Notes: generated by a model from the letters alone, not told the origin. A DNA stretch of 64,000 nucleotides from an uncultured Planctomycetia bacterium (GCA_963824275.1 CAWGOT010000001.1:300499-364498); one strand, 5' to 3'. Positions 41,194-54,319 are shown, counted from the first letter of the stretch. A program made the numbers and translations.

Positions 41194-41724
41194 ATGTTCG
41201 AAAGCCCTTGGCCCATTTTGATTGTCGGTCTGGTTCTGGAAGCGGTCCTGGCGATTGCGCTCTTTCGCACAGGGCGGGGTGCGCTGCTGTGGGCGATGGG
41301 GGGCGTGGCGCTGCTAGTGCTGTTGGGGGTGTGGATTGAGCAGCACGTGGACACCGACACAAAGCGGGTTCGCCGGACGCTGGAAGCGGCGGCCGCCGGT
41401 TTACAGGCCAACGATGCGACGCAGGTTTATGCGTGCATCGTGGCCGACGCTGACGGCGACGTGGCGCGGACCGAGACCGATCGAGCCTTGCAGCAAGCCA
41501 AGTTCCAGGAACTAACGATCCGCAACCTCGAGCTGAAGTTCAATTACCAGACAAGTCCGCCCACGGCGGAGACGACGTTTACGGTGTGGGTCCGCGGCTC
41601 GTATCGCGGCGGCATGGTCTCCGGCGATAGCTCCGGTCCTGTGGCGATGGAGGTCAAACTCCGCAAGGAAGCGGGCCGTTGGCTGGTTTATGGCGAGCCC
41701 AAGTACACCGTTCAGGGTCAATGA
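41194..41724 (+). CDS. Hypothetical membrane-anchored protein
   Basis: Two N-terminal TM helices (PILIVGLVLEAVLAIALF and ALLWAMGGVALLVLLGVW) are followed by a soluble domain of about 110 aa. I assigned no family. Confidence 0.5.
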   Translation: MFESPWPILIVGLVLEAVLAIALFRTGRGALLWAMGGVALLVLLGVWIEQHVDTDTKRVRRTLEAAAAGLQANDATQVYACIVADADGDVARTETDRALQQAKFQELTIRNLELKFNYQTSPPTAETTFTVWVRGSYRGGMVSGDSSGPVAMEVKLRKEAGRWLVYGEPKYTVQGQ

Positions 41725-41895
41725 CTTGCCCCCATATCTGGTGGTCGGCTTCGCGGATGTTGCATGGGGCTCTGGACATTCGCCGCCCAGCCAGGAACAA
41801 TGGCGGTATGCATTCGGACAACAACCTCTTCCCGAGAAAGCAGTCGATCACGAGAATAGTCGACGTAACCATCTCTTTCCGTAAACAAGGAGATC

Positions 41896-44313
41896 ATGAT
41901 CATGACGGGTCGATGGAAACTGGTAGGGTGTTTGATCCTGGCATCGCTGCTGGCGCCAGCGTGTAGTCGGACTGCGGAGCCGCCCAGCCGATTACCGAAC
42001 CAGATTTATAACCGTATGGTCTGTGTGCGGACGGGCGCGGACAGCGACGTCTTCGTTGACATGCCGGGCCACTTCGATCTTGGATCGCCCAGCATCTCGC
42101 CTGACAGCAAGTGGATTGCCTTCGACGCCCTCACAATCGGCGAGAGCCCCCAGCGTGAAACGTGGCTCGTTGGCATCGATGGCAAGGGCCTCCGCAAACT
42201 TACCCTCGGAAGCGCTCCGCGGTGGTCGCCGGATGGCAAGCAGCTCTTGATCAGTCGCGAAATCGTGAGCCCTTTGTCGCGACAGAACAAGATCTATGAG
42301 GTCGAGATTTCTACGGGCCAAGAGACGCTGATTTGCGACGGTCGCTTTGCCGACTGGTCGCCCGACGGCAAGCAAATTGTCTTTGCCGTCGCTGGGTCGC
42401 CTACGGAGAACTCGGGCGTGCATCCGGGGTCGAAGCTATGGACCGCGAATGCCGACGGGACTGCCGCCGCGGAGCTTTGCGACGGCAATTGGCCGAGCTG
42501 GTCGCCCGACGGCAGGAAAATCGCCTACTGCGTGCAAGAGGAGAGCCGGCCGGGCGACATCTGGGTTTTCGACCTCGACACGAAGCGACGAACGAAGATT
42601 GCCCTGGGCCACTATCGGGCGCAATGGGCTGGGGACAGCAAGAGCTTCGTCTGCAACGGTTCGTTTCCTATTCCCGGCGAAACGACCTACAGCCGGGCGC
42701 CAGCCCGTTTTGGCTCGACAAGCCGCTCGAGCCCGAGTATTTCAGCACGGAGCTCGATAATTCCTGGTCGCCATGCGTTTCCCGCGACGACCGCACCACG
42801 GTCCTCATCGTCGATAGCCAGAAGCGTCGCGGCGAAGCCGCCACCGAGGCCAAGGTCTTGCCTTCTTATGAAGAGGCCCGCGCCGCGGCCTGGATTCTCA
42901 CCGGCGAGCTCATCAAGACCCTCGACGAAGGCGACGCCAATCAATGGCCCGGCACCCATGCCTGGCTCGAGGACTTCCGCCAGCAGACCAAGGGCGTCGG
43001 CAAGGAGGTACCGCTGGCAAAATGGCCCAAGGTCGACGCTGGCGCCCTGGTGGATCACAACCCGAATTTCTGGCGGATGTACTACGAGATCGCACCGGGC
43101 GATCCCATGCTGACGACGATCCACGCCGGGTTGTTGCTCAGCCAGGGCGAGGCGATGCGGGCCGCGTATATCATCGAACTCGGCAAGCACCGGCCGGGCG
43201 TGCCCAAGGAATTCGTGCAAGCCTTTCGAATGCTGCAGAACACCGCCATGGCCGCCCTCAAGGACAGCAACGCCATGACGGAACAGGGCACGCAGATGTT
43301 CGACCGCGGCGACTACGACGGCGCGCTCGCGAAATATCGTGAAGCCCTCGTGCTCTGCCCGCAAAACGGCTGGACGAGCTATGAACTGGGCTACACCTTG
43401 CGGACGCAAGCGGAAGTGGCCCGCGGCGAAAAGCCCGGCAAGCCGGGCACCGTTAAGGTCAACGGCAAGTCGTTCAACGCGCCCGATGTGACCGCCGCCT
43501 TCGCCGAGTCGCGCCGCCACGATCCGCTTCAGTTCATGGCCTATCAAGGCACCGATCCGGAGGTCATCCAGGCCTGCCTGGTCATGGCCAAGAAGGTCTC
43601 GCCGGCCTGGAAAGCGCTCCATGAAGAGGGCGTCACGCGGGACGAGGAATATCACGCCTTGAAGGACCTCAGCGAGGGTTTTCAGGAGGCCGGCGTTTGC
43701 GATCTGGCTATTCTCGCCCGGCAGCTCATGGCGGCCCGCCGCAACAGCTACGATCCCGACGACTATCCGATCATCGCCGCCAGCCTGCGCAAGCTGGCGC
43801 CCGGCGAGAAAATCGAGGAGATCCTCGTGCGGCTGAAAGGGAAGGGGCCTCTGGCCTTCCGACCCTTGGCCAAGATCGAGGACGAGGAGGGCCAGCCGGC
43901 ACCGGGCAGCGGGCTGCGTCTTGTATATGCCCGACAAGCCGCGGCCGAAGAGCGACGCAAGCAAACCGGTCGAAGTGGACTACATCCGGCTGGTCACTTC
44001 CGCCGACGATATCGCCAGGCGAACGACGGCCGAGGACCTGGCGAAATTTGAGAAGGACTTCGAGGCGATCGCCGACGCGGTCCTGAGCAAGAGTGAGACG
44101 CCCTGCAAGGTCCTCGTGCAGTTCACATGCACGCCGTCAGGGCACACGGTCAAGGTCATGCATCAGCCCAAGGACGTGGACGAGAAGCCCTTGAAGGAAA
44201 TCTACAAGGCGATTGACAAGATGGACAAGCTGCCTGTGAAAGAGGAGACGGTCGAGTTCCAGATTCAACTGACCGTCACGCCGAAAAAACGGGAGGCAGG
44301 CAAGGAGAAATAA
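41896..44313 (+). CDS. Large lipoprotein with an N-terminal TolB-like beta-propeller and a helical C-terminal region, with frame shifts at about 42685 and about 43922
   Basis: The lipobox is LLAPAC. Propeller repeats are SISPDSKWIAF, PRWSPDGKQLL, ADWSPDGKQIVF and PSWSPDGRKIAY. The reading continues in ORF 42333-44051 (SPFWLDKPLEPEY...TPR-like DYDGALAKYREAL) and ORF 43921-44313. Whether the last segment is a separate gene is unresolved. Confidence 0.55.
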
Positions 44314-44389
44314 TGGGAAGACTGCATGTCCGTTGGCAAAATACTGTGGGCTTGTCATTCTGCGTGCCGTTTGGAGGAAGGAGGACGCC

Positions 44390-45511
44390 ATGAATCGCTT
44401 TGTAGCATCATCGCAGGTCTTGGGCTTGCTGGTTGTCCTGGTTGCGTCGGGCTCGGCAGCGGAACCGAACGCTGACCAAGCGGAGGCGACTGACAAGATC
44501 AAGAAACTTGGCGGCGAGGTCACCGTCGACGAAACGAGCCCAGGCCGGCCTGTGATTGGCGCGAAGCTGCGATTAAGCAACGTAACCGACACGGGGCTGG
44601 TCCCCATCAGAGAATTGGCCACCCTGCGATCGTTGGACCTGACGCACTCCGGGATCACCGACGCTGGGTTGGTAAACCTCAGAAAACTGACCGAGCTCCA
44701 GTCACTGGACCTGAGTTACAACAAGATCACCGGTGATGGGTTGCAGCACATCAAAGGACTGGCCGCACTTCAATCCCTGGATCTGTCGAATACTGACATA
44801 ACCGACGCAGGGCTGGAGCACCTGGAACGGTTCGCTGAACTTCAAACGCTGGTCTTGTGGCGCGACAATGTGACCGACGCCGGGTTGATGCACCTCAAAG
44901 GTTTGACGAAACTTCAATCCCTGGACCTGTGTGAAACGAAGATTACCGACGCCGGGCTGGAGCAGTTGAACCGGATGAAAGACCTCCAGTCGTTGTACCT
45001 GATGGACACCAAGGTGACCGACGCCGGTCTGGTTCACCTCAAAGCGATCACCCAACTCCGGAGGCTAAGCCTGGCGAACACCGCGGTGACCGATGCAGGG
45101 TTGGTGCATGTCAGAGGGTTGACCCAGCTCCGATTGCTGAATCTGTGCGATACCCAGGTGGCCGACGCAGGGCTGGATCACCTTAAAGGTCTGACCCAAC
45201 TCCAGGCGCTGAATCTGACGAACACAGCGGTAACCGACGCGGGGTTGGTGCATCTCGAAGAATTAGCAAATTTGAAAGATCTGAACCTTTGGCGGGACAC
45301 CAAGGTGACCGACGCAGGACTGGCACACCTCAAACGGTTGACGAAACTTCAATCACTCGACCTGACGAACACGAGCATAACCGATGCCGGGCTGGAGCAC
45401 CTGAAGGGCCTTACAGAACTCACTGAACTGTGGTTGGTTAACACCAAGGTGACGGAGGAGGCCGTAAAGAAACTGCAACAGGCATTACCGAAATCCGCCA
45501 TCAGCCGTTAG
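44390..45511 (+). CDS. Leucine-rich repeat protein (secreted)
   Basis: The signal peptide is MNRFVASSQVLGLLVVLVASGSA. About 13 tandem units of 24-25 aa follow (L..LqsLdLs.T.iTDAGL.HLkgLt). Confidence 0.85.
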   Translation: MNRFVASSQVLGLLVVLVASGSAAEPNADQAEATDKIKKLGGEVTVDETSPGRPVIGAKLRLSNVTDTGLVPIRELATLRSLDLTHSGITDAGLVNLRKLTELQSLDLSYNKITGDGLQHIKGLAALQSLDLSNTDITDAGLEHLERFAELQTLVLWRDNVTDAGLMHLKGLTKLQSLDLCETKITDAGLEQLNRMKDLQSLYLMDTKVTDAGLVHLKAITQLRRLSLANTAVTDAGLVHVRGLTQLRLLNLCDTQVADAGLDHLKGLTQLQALNLTNTAVTDAGLVHLEELANLKDLNLWRDTKVTDAGLAHLKRLTKLQSLDLTNTSITDAGLEHLKGLTELTELWLVNTKVTEEAVKKLQQALPKSAISR

Positions 45512-45576
45512 CCGCTCGACGCATACTCTGAATGCCACGTGTCAGGTTGGCGGGAAGTGGTGCACCGCGCTCAATC

Positions 45577-45618
45577 ATGGTGGGCCGGCGCTCGCTGCGC
45601 TCGTTTGTCCCACCCTAC
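45577..45618. repeat. Family H half-element
   Basis: ATGGTGGGCCGGCGCTCGCTGCGCTCGTTTGTCCCACCCTAC lies between the convergent LRR and VWA gene ends. Confidence 0.75.
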
Positions 45619-45622
45619 GGCC

Positions 45623-47333
45623 CTACGACAAAATCTCCCTCCGCCGCTTCACGTAATCCCAAACCACATAGCGGTCGAGGTCCTTGCCGGCAGTGAAGAA
45701 CACGCGGCCCTTGGTCGATTCGGAAAGCTTCTGCGCGAACTGCACGTCCTCGCTCGATTGCCACCAGCTTTGCAAGAGGAAGGTGTTGATCGTGATCCCT
45801 TCGCGACGGCAGAGCTGGCCCTCGCGGAGCGTGGCCTCTTCGGTCCGCGGGTCGGGCGGGTAGAGCAGGTACAGGTCCTTGCCCTCGAAATGCGCCGTGG
45901 GCAGGCCGTCGGTGATGAGAATCACCTGGCGGTTCGGCGTGTCCTGGCCGGCCAGCAGTTGGCGGGCGAGCTGCAAGCCGTGCTGGATGTTGGTGAAGTG
46001 CGGCGGGATCTGCATCTCGCTCACCCGCTCGTCGCTCATGTCGGCCTTGAGACGGACCACCGGATCGAAGACCGTGACCTGCTTGGGCATCAGCGAGACG
46101 ACCTCGCCCGCCTGCCGCAGCTTGGCGAAGGTGTAGACCTCGATGAAGCGGAGCCAGTCGCCGGGATACTCGCGGCGGATCAGGCCGTCCAGGGCCAGGC
46201 CCATCCGCTTGACATTGATGTACAGCCCGTCGTAACGCATCGAGCCGCTCATATCCAAAAGCACGGCCGTGGCGCACTTGGGCGAGTTGCGGGTGCGATG
46301 CACGATGATGTCTTCCGACCGCAACCGCAAGGGCAGCCCTGGGCGGGCACCCGGAGGGTCACGGAGCATGGCGTTGATGAGCGAGCCGGGGATGTCCATG
46401 TTGGCCAGCGAGTCGCCGAATTCGTAGGACTTGGTCTGCTGCAGCTCGACCGCCCCTTCGCCCTGGATGGGTCCCTGGTGGCGGCCGGTCCGCGCGGCCT
46501 GCAGGTTGCTGAAGATCCGCTCCAGCAGCCGGCCCTGGAAGAGGCGGTAGGCCTTGGGCGTGAGCCGGTAGCCCTCGGCCGTCTTCTCCAACCCCTGCTG
46601 CTCGGCGAGGTCCTTGAGGAGCCGCTCGACCCGGCGGGCCAATTCCTGGAGGTTGTCCATGTCGCTCTGCTGGGCGTATTCGGCCAGGGCCTCCATGTCG
46701 ATGATGCCGATCTGCGCGGTCTTGGCCGCCTCTTCAAGCTGCTGCAGAAGGCGGTCGATCTCCTCCAGCTCCTGTTTGATCTCGATGGCCTTGGGGACGG
46801 TCATCGGCGTGCGCGCCGGTGAACTCGTATTTGGCGGCCAGCTCGTCGACCTGGTACTTGTCGCCCAGCCGGTCGATCAACTGCACGAGCTGGCGGGCAA
46901 AAGGGCTCTGCTCGTCGTCGACGCGATACCAGAGCCGCTCGATGTCGTAGAGCTGCTCCTCCTTGACCGCCTGCCGGAACCGCTCCTCCAGCTTCACGGG
47001 CGGCTGCATCGAGCGGGCCATCTCGCGGAAGCGGGCGGCGGCCTCCTTCGTCACCCGCTTCGTCTCGTAGGTTGCCAGGATCTTCCGCTTCCGCTCGCGG
47101 AGGAGTTCCATCAGGGCCTCCAGGCTCGGTCCCAGGCCGGCGATCTGGCTGGGATCGAGCTGCACCGCACGGGCGAGCTCCTCGTCAGTCAACTCGCGCA
47201 TGCTGCCGTAGGTCAGCATGTGTTCCATAGCCCCGGAGACCAGGTCCGGCGGCGGCTGCGTAGGACTGGGAAAATTCTTGGGGTCGTAGCGCTGGTAGGT
47301 GTGGATGATGCCGCCGATGGGTCGCTTGGACAT
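45623..47333 (-). CDS. VWA-domain protein (partner of the upstream ChlI-like ATPase), with a frame shift at about 46811-46816
   Basis: The N-terminal helical part is in ORF 46734-47333. The C-terminal part carries the MIDAS motif AVLLDMSGSM and ILITDGLPTA. Confidence 0.8.
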
Positions 47334-47342
47334 TGGGTTTCC

Positions 47343-48785
<1,443 letters not shown>

Positions 48786-49009
48786 GAAATCTGCCTGTCT
48801 TGGTTCCGTGGGAAGTTACGTATCGCCTATGTGTAATTGTACGTGGAAGGGCGCGGGAGCCAAGGAAGAAAATTCGGGACCAGCGAAATCGGGGCGGATG
48901 GTCGAGAATTCACGCCCGGAATTACTCCCGTGAAGAGGCCGCCGAAAGGCCGCGCGTCAGCATCGCCACCCCCTCTTGAATGGAGGGGGCATCAATCGCC
49001 ACTCAATAA

Positions 49010-49056
49010 TTAGAAAGGAAAATGTTGGAAAGGAAGATGCATTGAATGCACTGAGT
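49010..49056. repeat. Direct repeat copy 1 (GAAAGGAAAATGTTGGAAAGGAAGATGCATT.AAT.CACT)
   Basis: It recurs at 49338-49384. Only the second copy is followed by the complementary arm CTTTCCTTTCCCCCATTTTCCTTTC. Confidence 0.8.
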
Positions 49057-49337
49057 GTTTCAGCGGCCCGCCGGCGGGCTTTTCAGAAGGCATGTGCAGG
49101 AGCAGTGCTGCAAACCAGCAGGTCAGTCTGGTCCACGATTCACTCTCCGGGCGATTTCTTCCTGAATCTTCGATTGCCGACGTGCAGAAGGCCGGTTGCG
49201 CGGCGGCTGAAGTGCGGCTCGAGGCCGAAGCGTTCGCCAGCCCGTGACGGTTTGCCGGCCCCGAGTTCCCGACGGCCAAACACGCCGCCAACTGCGGAAA
49301 CGTCGCGCGTGACGGAAATCGAAAACCATGCAATCAG

Positions 49338-49412
49338 TGGAAAGGAAAATGTTGGAAAGGAAGATGCATTAAATTCACTTTCCTTTCCCCCATTTTCCTT
49401 TCTTCCCTCTGC
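49338..49412. repeat. Direct repeat copy 2 plus its complementary arm (long imperfect hairpin)
   Basis: GTGGAAAGGAAAATGTTGGAAAGGAAG, loop atgcattaaattca, then CTTTCCTTTCCCCCATTTTCCTTTCTTCCC. Confidence 0.8.
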
Positions 49413-49543
49413 TATTGGCTACGCTCCTTGTGATCTGCTATAATTACTGGCAGGTCCGGGAACTGACGCTGGTTGGCGCGTCACGGTGGTGGGTGCAAGA
49501 CAGACCTTCACCGGATCCGACCTATAGCCTTTTGAGACGTGCA

Positions 49544-49871
49544 ATGGCAAATCTTCAAGAAGTCGAGCGGTTGCTGGACCACATGACGGCCGGAGAAAAG
49601 GCGCTGGTGCTTGAGCGGGTCGTGCACGACCTGGGAATCCTGGCTCCCGGGATCGAAAGCAACCCGGCGGTTTGTGGCGGCGAACCTTGTATCGTTCGCA
49701 CCCGGATCCCCGTTTGGCTCCTCGTTCAATTGCAGCGGCTGGGAATGAGCGAAGCCGAATTGTTGCGCAATTACCCAGGCCTGCGCGGAGAACCTGGCCA
49801 ATGCCTGGGCCTACGCGCGGCAGCATCACGAGGAGATCGAGCAACAAATCATCGACAACGAGACGGCGTGA
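49544..49871 (+). CDS. DUF433 antitoxin-like protein, with a frame shift at about 49775-49783
   Basis: AVCGGEPCIVRTRIPVWLLVQLQRLGMSEAELLRNYPGL matches the DUF433 pattern. After the shift the reading continues AENLANAWAYARQHHEEIEQQIIDNETA*. Confidence 0.7.
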
Positions 49872-49874
49872 CCC

Positions 49875-49985
49875 ATGGCCTTGCTTTACGCAAACGAGAA
49901 TTTTCCGCTGGGTGCTGTCCAGGTTTTGCGAGAATTGGGCCATGATGTCCGCACCACCGCAGAAAGTGGAATCGCGGGTCAGTCT
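49875..49985 (+). pseudogene. DUF5615 (PIN-like toxin partner of DUF433) N-terminal remnant
   Basis: MALLYANENFPLGAVQVLRELGHDVRTTAESGIAGQS matches the DUF5615 N-terminus. Similarity is then lost. The ORF runs in frame into polA with no stop. Confidence 0.55.
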
Positions 49986-50093
49986 TGGCGCGTCTTGACG
50001 ACATTCTCTGGTGGGGGTAGGATTCGTAGGTTGGGTAGTGGCAGAAGCGGTGCAGTTTTCTGCGGTCTCCCCCTTGTTCTCCTTGAGGCCACG

Positions 50094-52966
50094 ATGGCCA
50101 AACATGCCGCCAAAAGCCAGAAATCGCTCTTCGATCAGTCCGACCCGGAACCATCGCCGCATGCGCCGAAAAAGAGCGGCAGTGACAGGTTGCAAACCTA
50201 TTCTACGGCCGCGGAAACGCCATCGCCGCCGCCGGAGAGTCTGGCGGGGCAGACGGTCTGGGTAGTCGATGCCCACTCCTTGATCCATCAAGTATTTCAC
50301 GCCATCCCGGACATGACCAGCCCTAGCGGGCAGCCGGTGAATGCCGTCTATGGGTTTACGCGGGATCTGTTCTATTTGCTGGAATCGAAGCAGCCCGACT
50401 TCCTGTTCTGTGCCTTCGACCTGCCGGGAAAGACTTTTCGCCACGAGCTTTACGAGCAGTACAAGGCGGGCCGGCCCGACATGCACGAGGACCTCGTGCC
50501 GCAGATCGGCTTCGTGCATCGCATGGTCGATGCCCTCGGCATTCCCCTGCTGGCATACGAGGGCTTCGAGGCCGACGACATCGTGGCCACGGTCGCCCGT
50601 CTGACCGACGAGCTGGGAGGGCGGTGTTTCATCGTCAGCGGCGACAAGGACTGCCGGCAACTGATCACCGAGCACGTGAAGCTCTACAACATCCGCAAGA
50701 ACGAGGTCATCGACCGCGATGTCCTGCGGCAGGAGTGGGGCGTGGCGCCGAACCAGGTGGTCGATTACCAGGCCCTGGTCGGCGACTCGACCGACAATGT
50801 GCCCGGCGTGCCACTGATCGGCCCCAAGGCGGCCCGCGACCTGTTGGAGAAATACCATACGCTGGAGAACATCCTCGCGCACGTGGACGAGGTCAGCGGC
50901 GCGGCCAAGAAGGAGAACCTCAAAAAGTATCGCGAGCAGGCCCTCCTGAGCCGGCGGCTCGTGAAGCTCGACGCCCATGTGCCAGTGGCGATTTCCTGGA
51001 AATCGGCCCGGCCCGATGGCTGCGACCAGGCTCGGGCGCTGGCCCTGTTCGAGGAATTCGGTTTCCGCCGCCTTGCCGAACGGCTGCCGGCCGGGGTACC
51101 CGCGCAGCGGGTCGGCGGCACGGCGACGCCCGCGGGCGTAGAGTCCGCGGCCGGCAAACCGATCTACGCCACGGTTGATACTCCCGAGGCGCTGGCGGCC
51201 TTGATAGTCGAGATGCGGCGACAGAAGCAGGTCTCGGTCGACACCGAGACGACACACTTATGGCCGCGATGGGCCGAGATTGTCGGCATTTCGCTTTCCT
51301 GGAACGAGAAGGAGGCGTATTATCTGCCGATCCGCGGTCCGCAGGGCGCGCGGCTGCTCGATCCCCAATCCACGCTCGATGCCTTGCGGCCAGTGCTGGA
51401 AGACCCGGCGATCGGCAAGCTCGGTCAGAACCTGAAATACGATCGCATCGTGCTCCGCAAAGCCGGAATTGAACTGGCCGGCACGCCCTTCGACACCATG
51501 GTCGCCAGCTACCTCCTGGACGCCGGGCAGCGGAACCACAACCTCGACGACCTGGCCAAGCGCTATCTCCGCCACGTAACGATCAAGATCGAGGAGTTGA
51601 TCGGCTCGGGCAAGCATCAGAAGCGGATGGACGAGGTGCCCATCCCGCAGATCACCGACTACGCGGCGGAAGACGCCCTGGTGCCGGTCCGCTTGCAGCC
51701 GATCCTCGCCCGCCGCATGGAAGAAGAGAGCCTGGTGCCGTTGTTTCGCGACGTGGAGATGCCGCTGATCGACGTGCTGGTCGAACTGGAATACAACGGC
51801 GTGAAGATCGACGTCGGGCGCCTGGCCCAGTTGAGCGGCAATTTCGGTGAGCAGATGCAGCGCCTGGAGCAGGAGATTTATGCGATGGCCGGGCGGGAGT
51901 TCAACATCGCCTCGCCGCGGCAGCTTCAGGAGATCCTATTCGTCGAGCAGAAACTGCCGGTTATCAAGCGGACGGCAAAGACGGGGCCCAGCACCGACGT
52001 CGACGTGCTGGAGGAGTTGGCCCTGAGGCATCCCTTGCCGGCCAAGATCGTCGAGTATCGGCAATACGCCAAGCTGAAGGGCACCTACGTCAACGCGCTG
52101 CCGCAGATGGTCCATCCGCAAACTGGCCGGGTACACGCCTCGTTCAACCAGGTGGTCACGGCCACGGGGCGGCTCAGCTCGCACGATCCCAACTTGCAGA
52201 ACATCCCCGTGCGGACCGAGGCCGGCCGCGCAATCCGCTCGGCCTTTGTCCCTGGCGCGGAGGGCTGGACGCTGGTGGCGGCCGACTATTCGCAGATCGA
52301 ATTGCGGGTTCTGGCGCATTACACGGCCGACGAGCGACTGTGCGCGGCCTTCCAGCGCGACGAGGACATCCACGCCCGCGTGGCCGGCCAGGTCAATAAT
52401 GTGCCTATGGATCAGGTGACCAGCGACATGCGCCGGCAGGCGAAGGTGGTGAACTTCGGCACGATCTACGGCCAGGGTGCAGTCGGCCTTTCGCGGCAGT
52501 TGGGCATCCCGCGCGAGACGGCTAAGAAGTTCATCGATAGCTACTTCGAAACCTATCCGGGCATCGAGCGGTTCTTGATCGAGTCGCTGGCCGAGTGCCG
52601 CAAACAAGGCTACGTGACGACGATCCTCGGCCGCCGCCGCGCGATCGAGGGCGTGAGGGCCGATGCTGGCCGCTCGCGGAACCTGGCCGAGCGGACGGCG
52701 GTGAACACGATCATCCAGGGCTCGGCCGCCGACCTGATGAAGCTGGCGATGATCGCCGTTTTCGCCGCTTGAAGCGGGAACGGCATCCGGCGCGGATGTT
52801 GTTGCAGATCCACGACGAACTGATCTTCGAAGTGCCGGCGGAACAGGTCGGTTATCTGGCACAACTCTTGCGGGAAGAAATGGCTGGCGTCTATCGCCTT
52901 CGCGTGCCGCTGAAGGTTGACGTCAAGGCAGGTCCGAACTGGGCTGATGCCCGGGAGATTACGTAG
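50094..52966 (+). CDS. polA: DNA polymerase I, with a frame shift at 52759-52762 (T4 run)
   Basis: Three domains are present.
- The 5'-nuclease domain: VWVVDAHSLIHQVFHA, SGDKDCRQL and VPGVPLIGPKAA.
- The 3'-5' exo-like domain: VSVDTETT.
- The polymerase motifs: DYSQIELRVLAH and RRQAKVVNFGTIYG. After the shift come QIHDELIFEVP and VDVKAGPNW. Confidence 0.95.
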
Positions 52967-52985
52967 GATAGGTTTTCAACCTGTC
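52963..52985. repeat. Family K element overlapping the polA stop codon
   Basis: acGTAGGATAGGTTTTCAACCTGTC is present. The TAG of the element is the polA stop. Confidence 0.8.
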
Positions 52986-53089
52986 GTCACTTGCCCAAAC
53001 CGGGCGGACTTGCAAGATGCGAGCTGGGGGCGTTTGTCGGCCCCGGAACTGGCCGCGGTGGAGACCGCCGTTCGTTTCTGGCTCGGACT

Positions 53090-54319
53090 CTAGTTCGGGG
53101 TTGTCTTGAACACGGGCACTTCGAACGTCGCCGAATAGTCGATGCCCGGCACCTTGGCCGACGCAGTCAGCCGCCAGAGCGTCCGGTCATTCGGATTTCG
53201 CTCGTCGCTAGGCTCGCAGTCGCTGGGGATCTGAAATTCCACCGGGATCGCCGATTGCTCGGCCTGGTCCTCCAGCAGTTCGTGCATCACGGTCCGCTCC
53301 TCTTTCCAGAGGATGCTCTCCGACGTTCTGCGCTGCTTGCCGCTGCCCGTGGTGACTTGTCGCACGCAACGAAGCCGCAAATGGAAGCCGTCTTCCGGCC
53401 GGACCTTTGCCGAGGTTTGGATCACGCCCGCGAACTGTCCTCCGATGACGCCCGGCACGAAGGCCATCTGCAGCACCGATTGCCCGAACTTCCGCCACCG
53501 CAGGACGCAAAAAATCGCCCAGCCGGCGAGCAGCAGGCCGATTGCCGGGAATATCAGGCCCAGCAGGGCCCAGCGATTGCCTTTGTCCAGAATCTCGCCG
53601 GGCAGTACGAACCACAGCGGAGCAGTGACCACGTTCCAAAAGAGGGCGATGGTGAGTGCCGCGAGCATGGTCTTCTTGGCCGACGAGACGATTCGCCCCG
53701 CGGCCCAGTCTGCTTTCCACATCCAGGGCGAGTCGGGGTGGGCCTTGGCCAAGGCGGCTTCCGCCCGTTGTTTTCCCATCGCCGTTAGCCCGCCGAACAG
53801 CAGGCCGAAGCCCACGCCCCCGAAGGCCAGCACGAAGATCATCTGGAACGCGATCATCTCCCAGCGCAAGTCGCGGTAGAGCAGCGCTTGGGCAGGGTCA
53901 GCCGGATTGACGAAGCAGGGGAACGGCGTTCCGGATTTCTGGCAGTCGCTCAACTCGCGGTAGGCGTTCTGATGAAACGACCCGATGTTGTCCGGGCCGC
54001 TGCTAAGGCCCACGCGGTCGCCGGTATACTTCCGGCCGCCAAAGTCGTAGCGATACTCGGCCGTCACTTCGTAGGTCGTCGATTTTCGACCAGGGTGGAC
54101 CTTCAAGTCGGTGCGGATGATGGTCGCCGGTGTCTCGACCCAGGTCCGCGCGCTGAGATAGGTAACGAGCGTGCTAGCGAGCCACGCGCCCATCCCCACG
54201 CCGACCGCGGCGAAGGGCAGCGCGAACAGGACCAGGCAGCCGGTTCCAATTCCTGAAGGAGGACGAGTGGTGTTTGTCATAGATGTGCGGCCGGCCGGCG
54301 ACTTATGCGACCACCGCAA
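53090..54319 (-). CDS. DUF3592-domain polytopic membrane protein
   Basis: The N-terminal module runs TM, then WVETPATIIRTDLKVHPGRKSTTYEVTAEYRYDFGGRKYTGDRV, then TM, which matches the DUF3592 pattern. Further TM segments and a beta-rich C-terminal domain follow. The likely start is MTNTTRPP at 54280. Confidence 0.65.
   Translation of the reverse strand: MRWSHKSPAGRTSMTNTTRPPSGIGTGCLVLFALPFAAVGVGMGAWLASTLVTYLSARTWVETPATIIRTDLKVHPGRKSTTYEVTAEYRYDFGGRKYTGDRVGLSSGPDNIGSFHQNAYRELSDCQKSGTPFPCFVNPADPAQALLYRDLRWEMIAFQMIFVLAFGGVGFGLLFGGLTAMGKQRAEAALAKAHPDSPWMWKADWAAGRIVSSAKKTMLAALTIALFWNVVTAPLWFVLPGEILDKGNRWALLGLIFPAIGLLLAGWAIFCVLRWRKFGQSVLQMAFVPGVIGGQFAGVIQTSAKVRPEDGFHLRLRCVRQVTTGSGKQRRTSESILWKEERTVMHELLEDQAEQSAIPVEFQIPSDCEPSDERNPNDRTLWRLTASAKVPGIDYSATFEVPVFKTTPN

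Noticed and set aside
48976-49443. A 155-aa ORF in the AAA+/DUF433 spacer.
   Set aside because: Both ends are encoded by the GGAAAGG repeat copies. The interior is Arg/Pro/Ser-rich with no motif. A terminator-like hairpin lies inside it.
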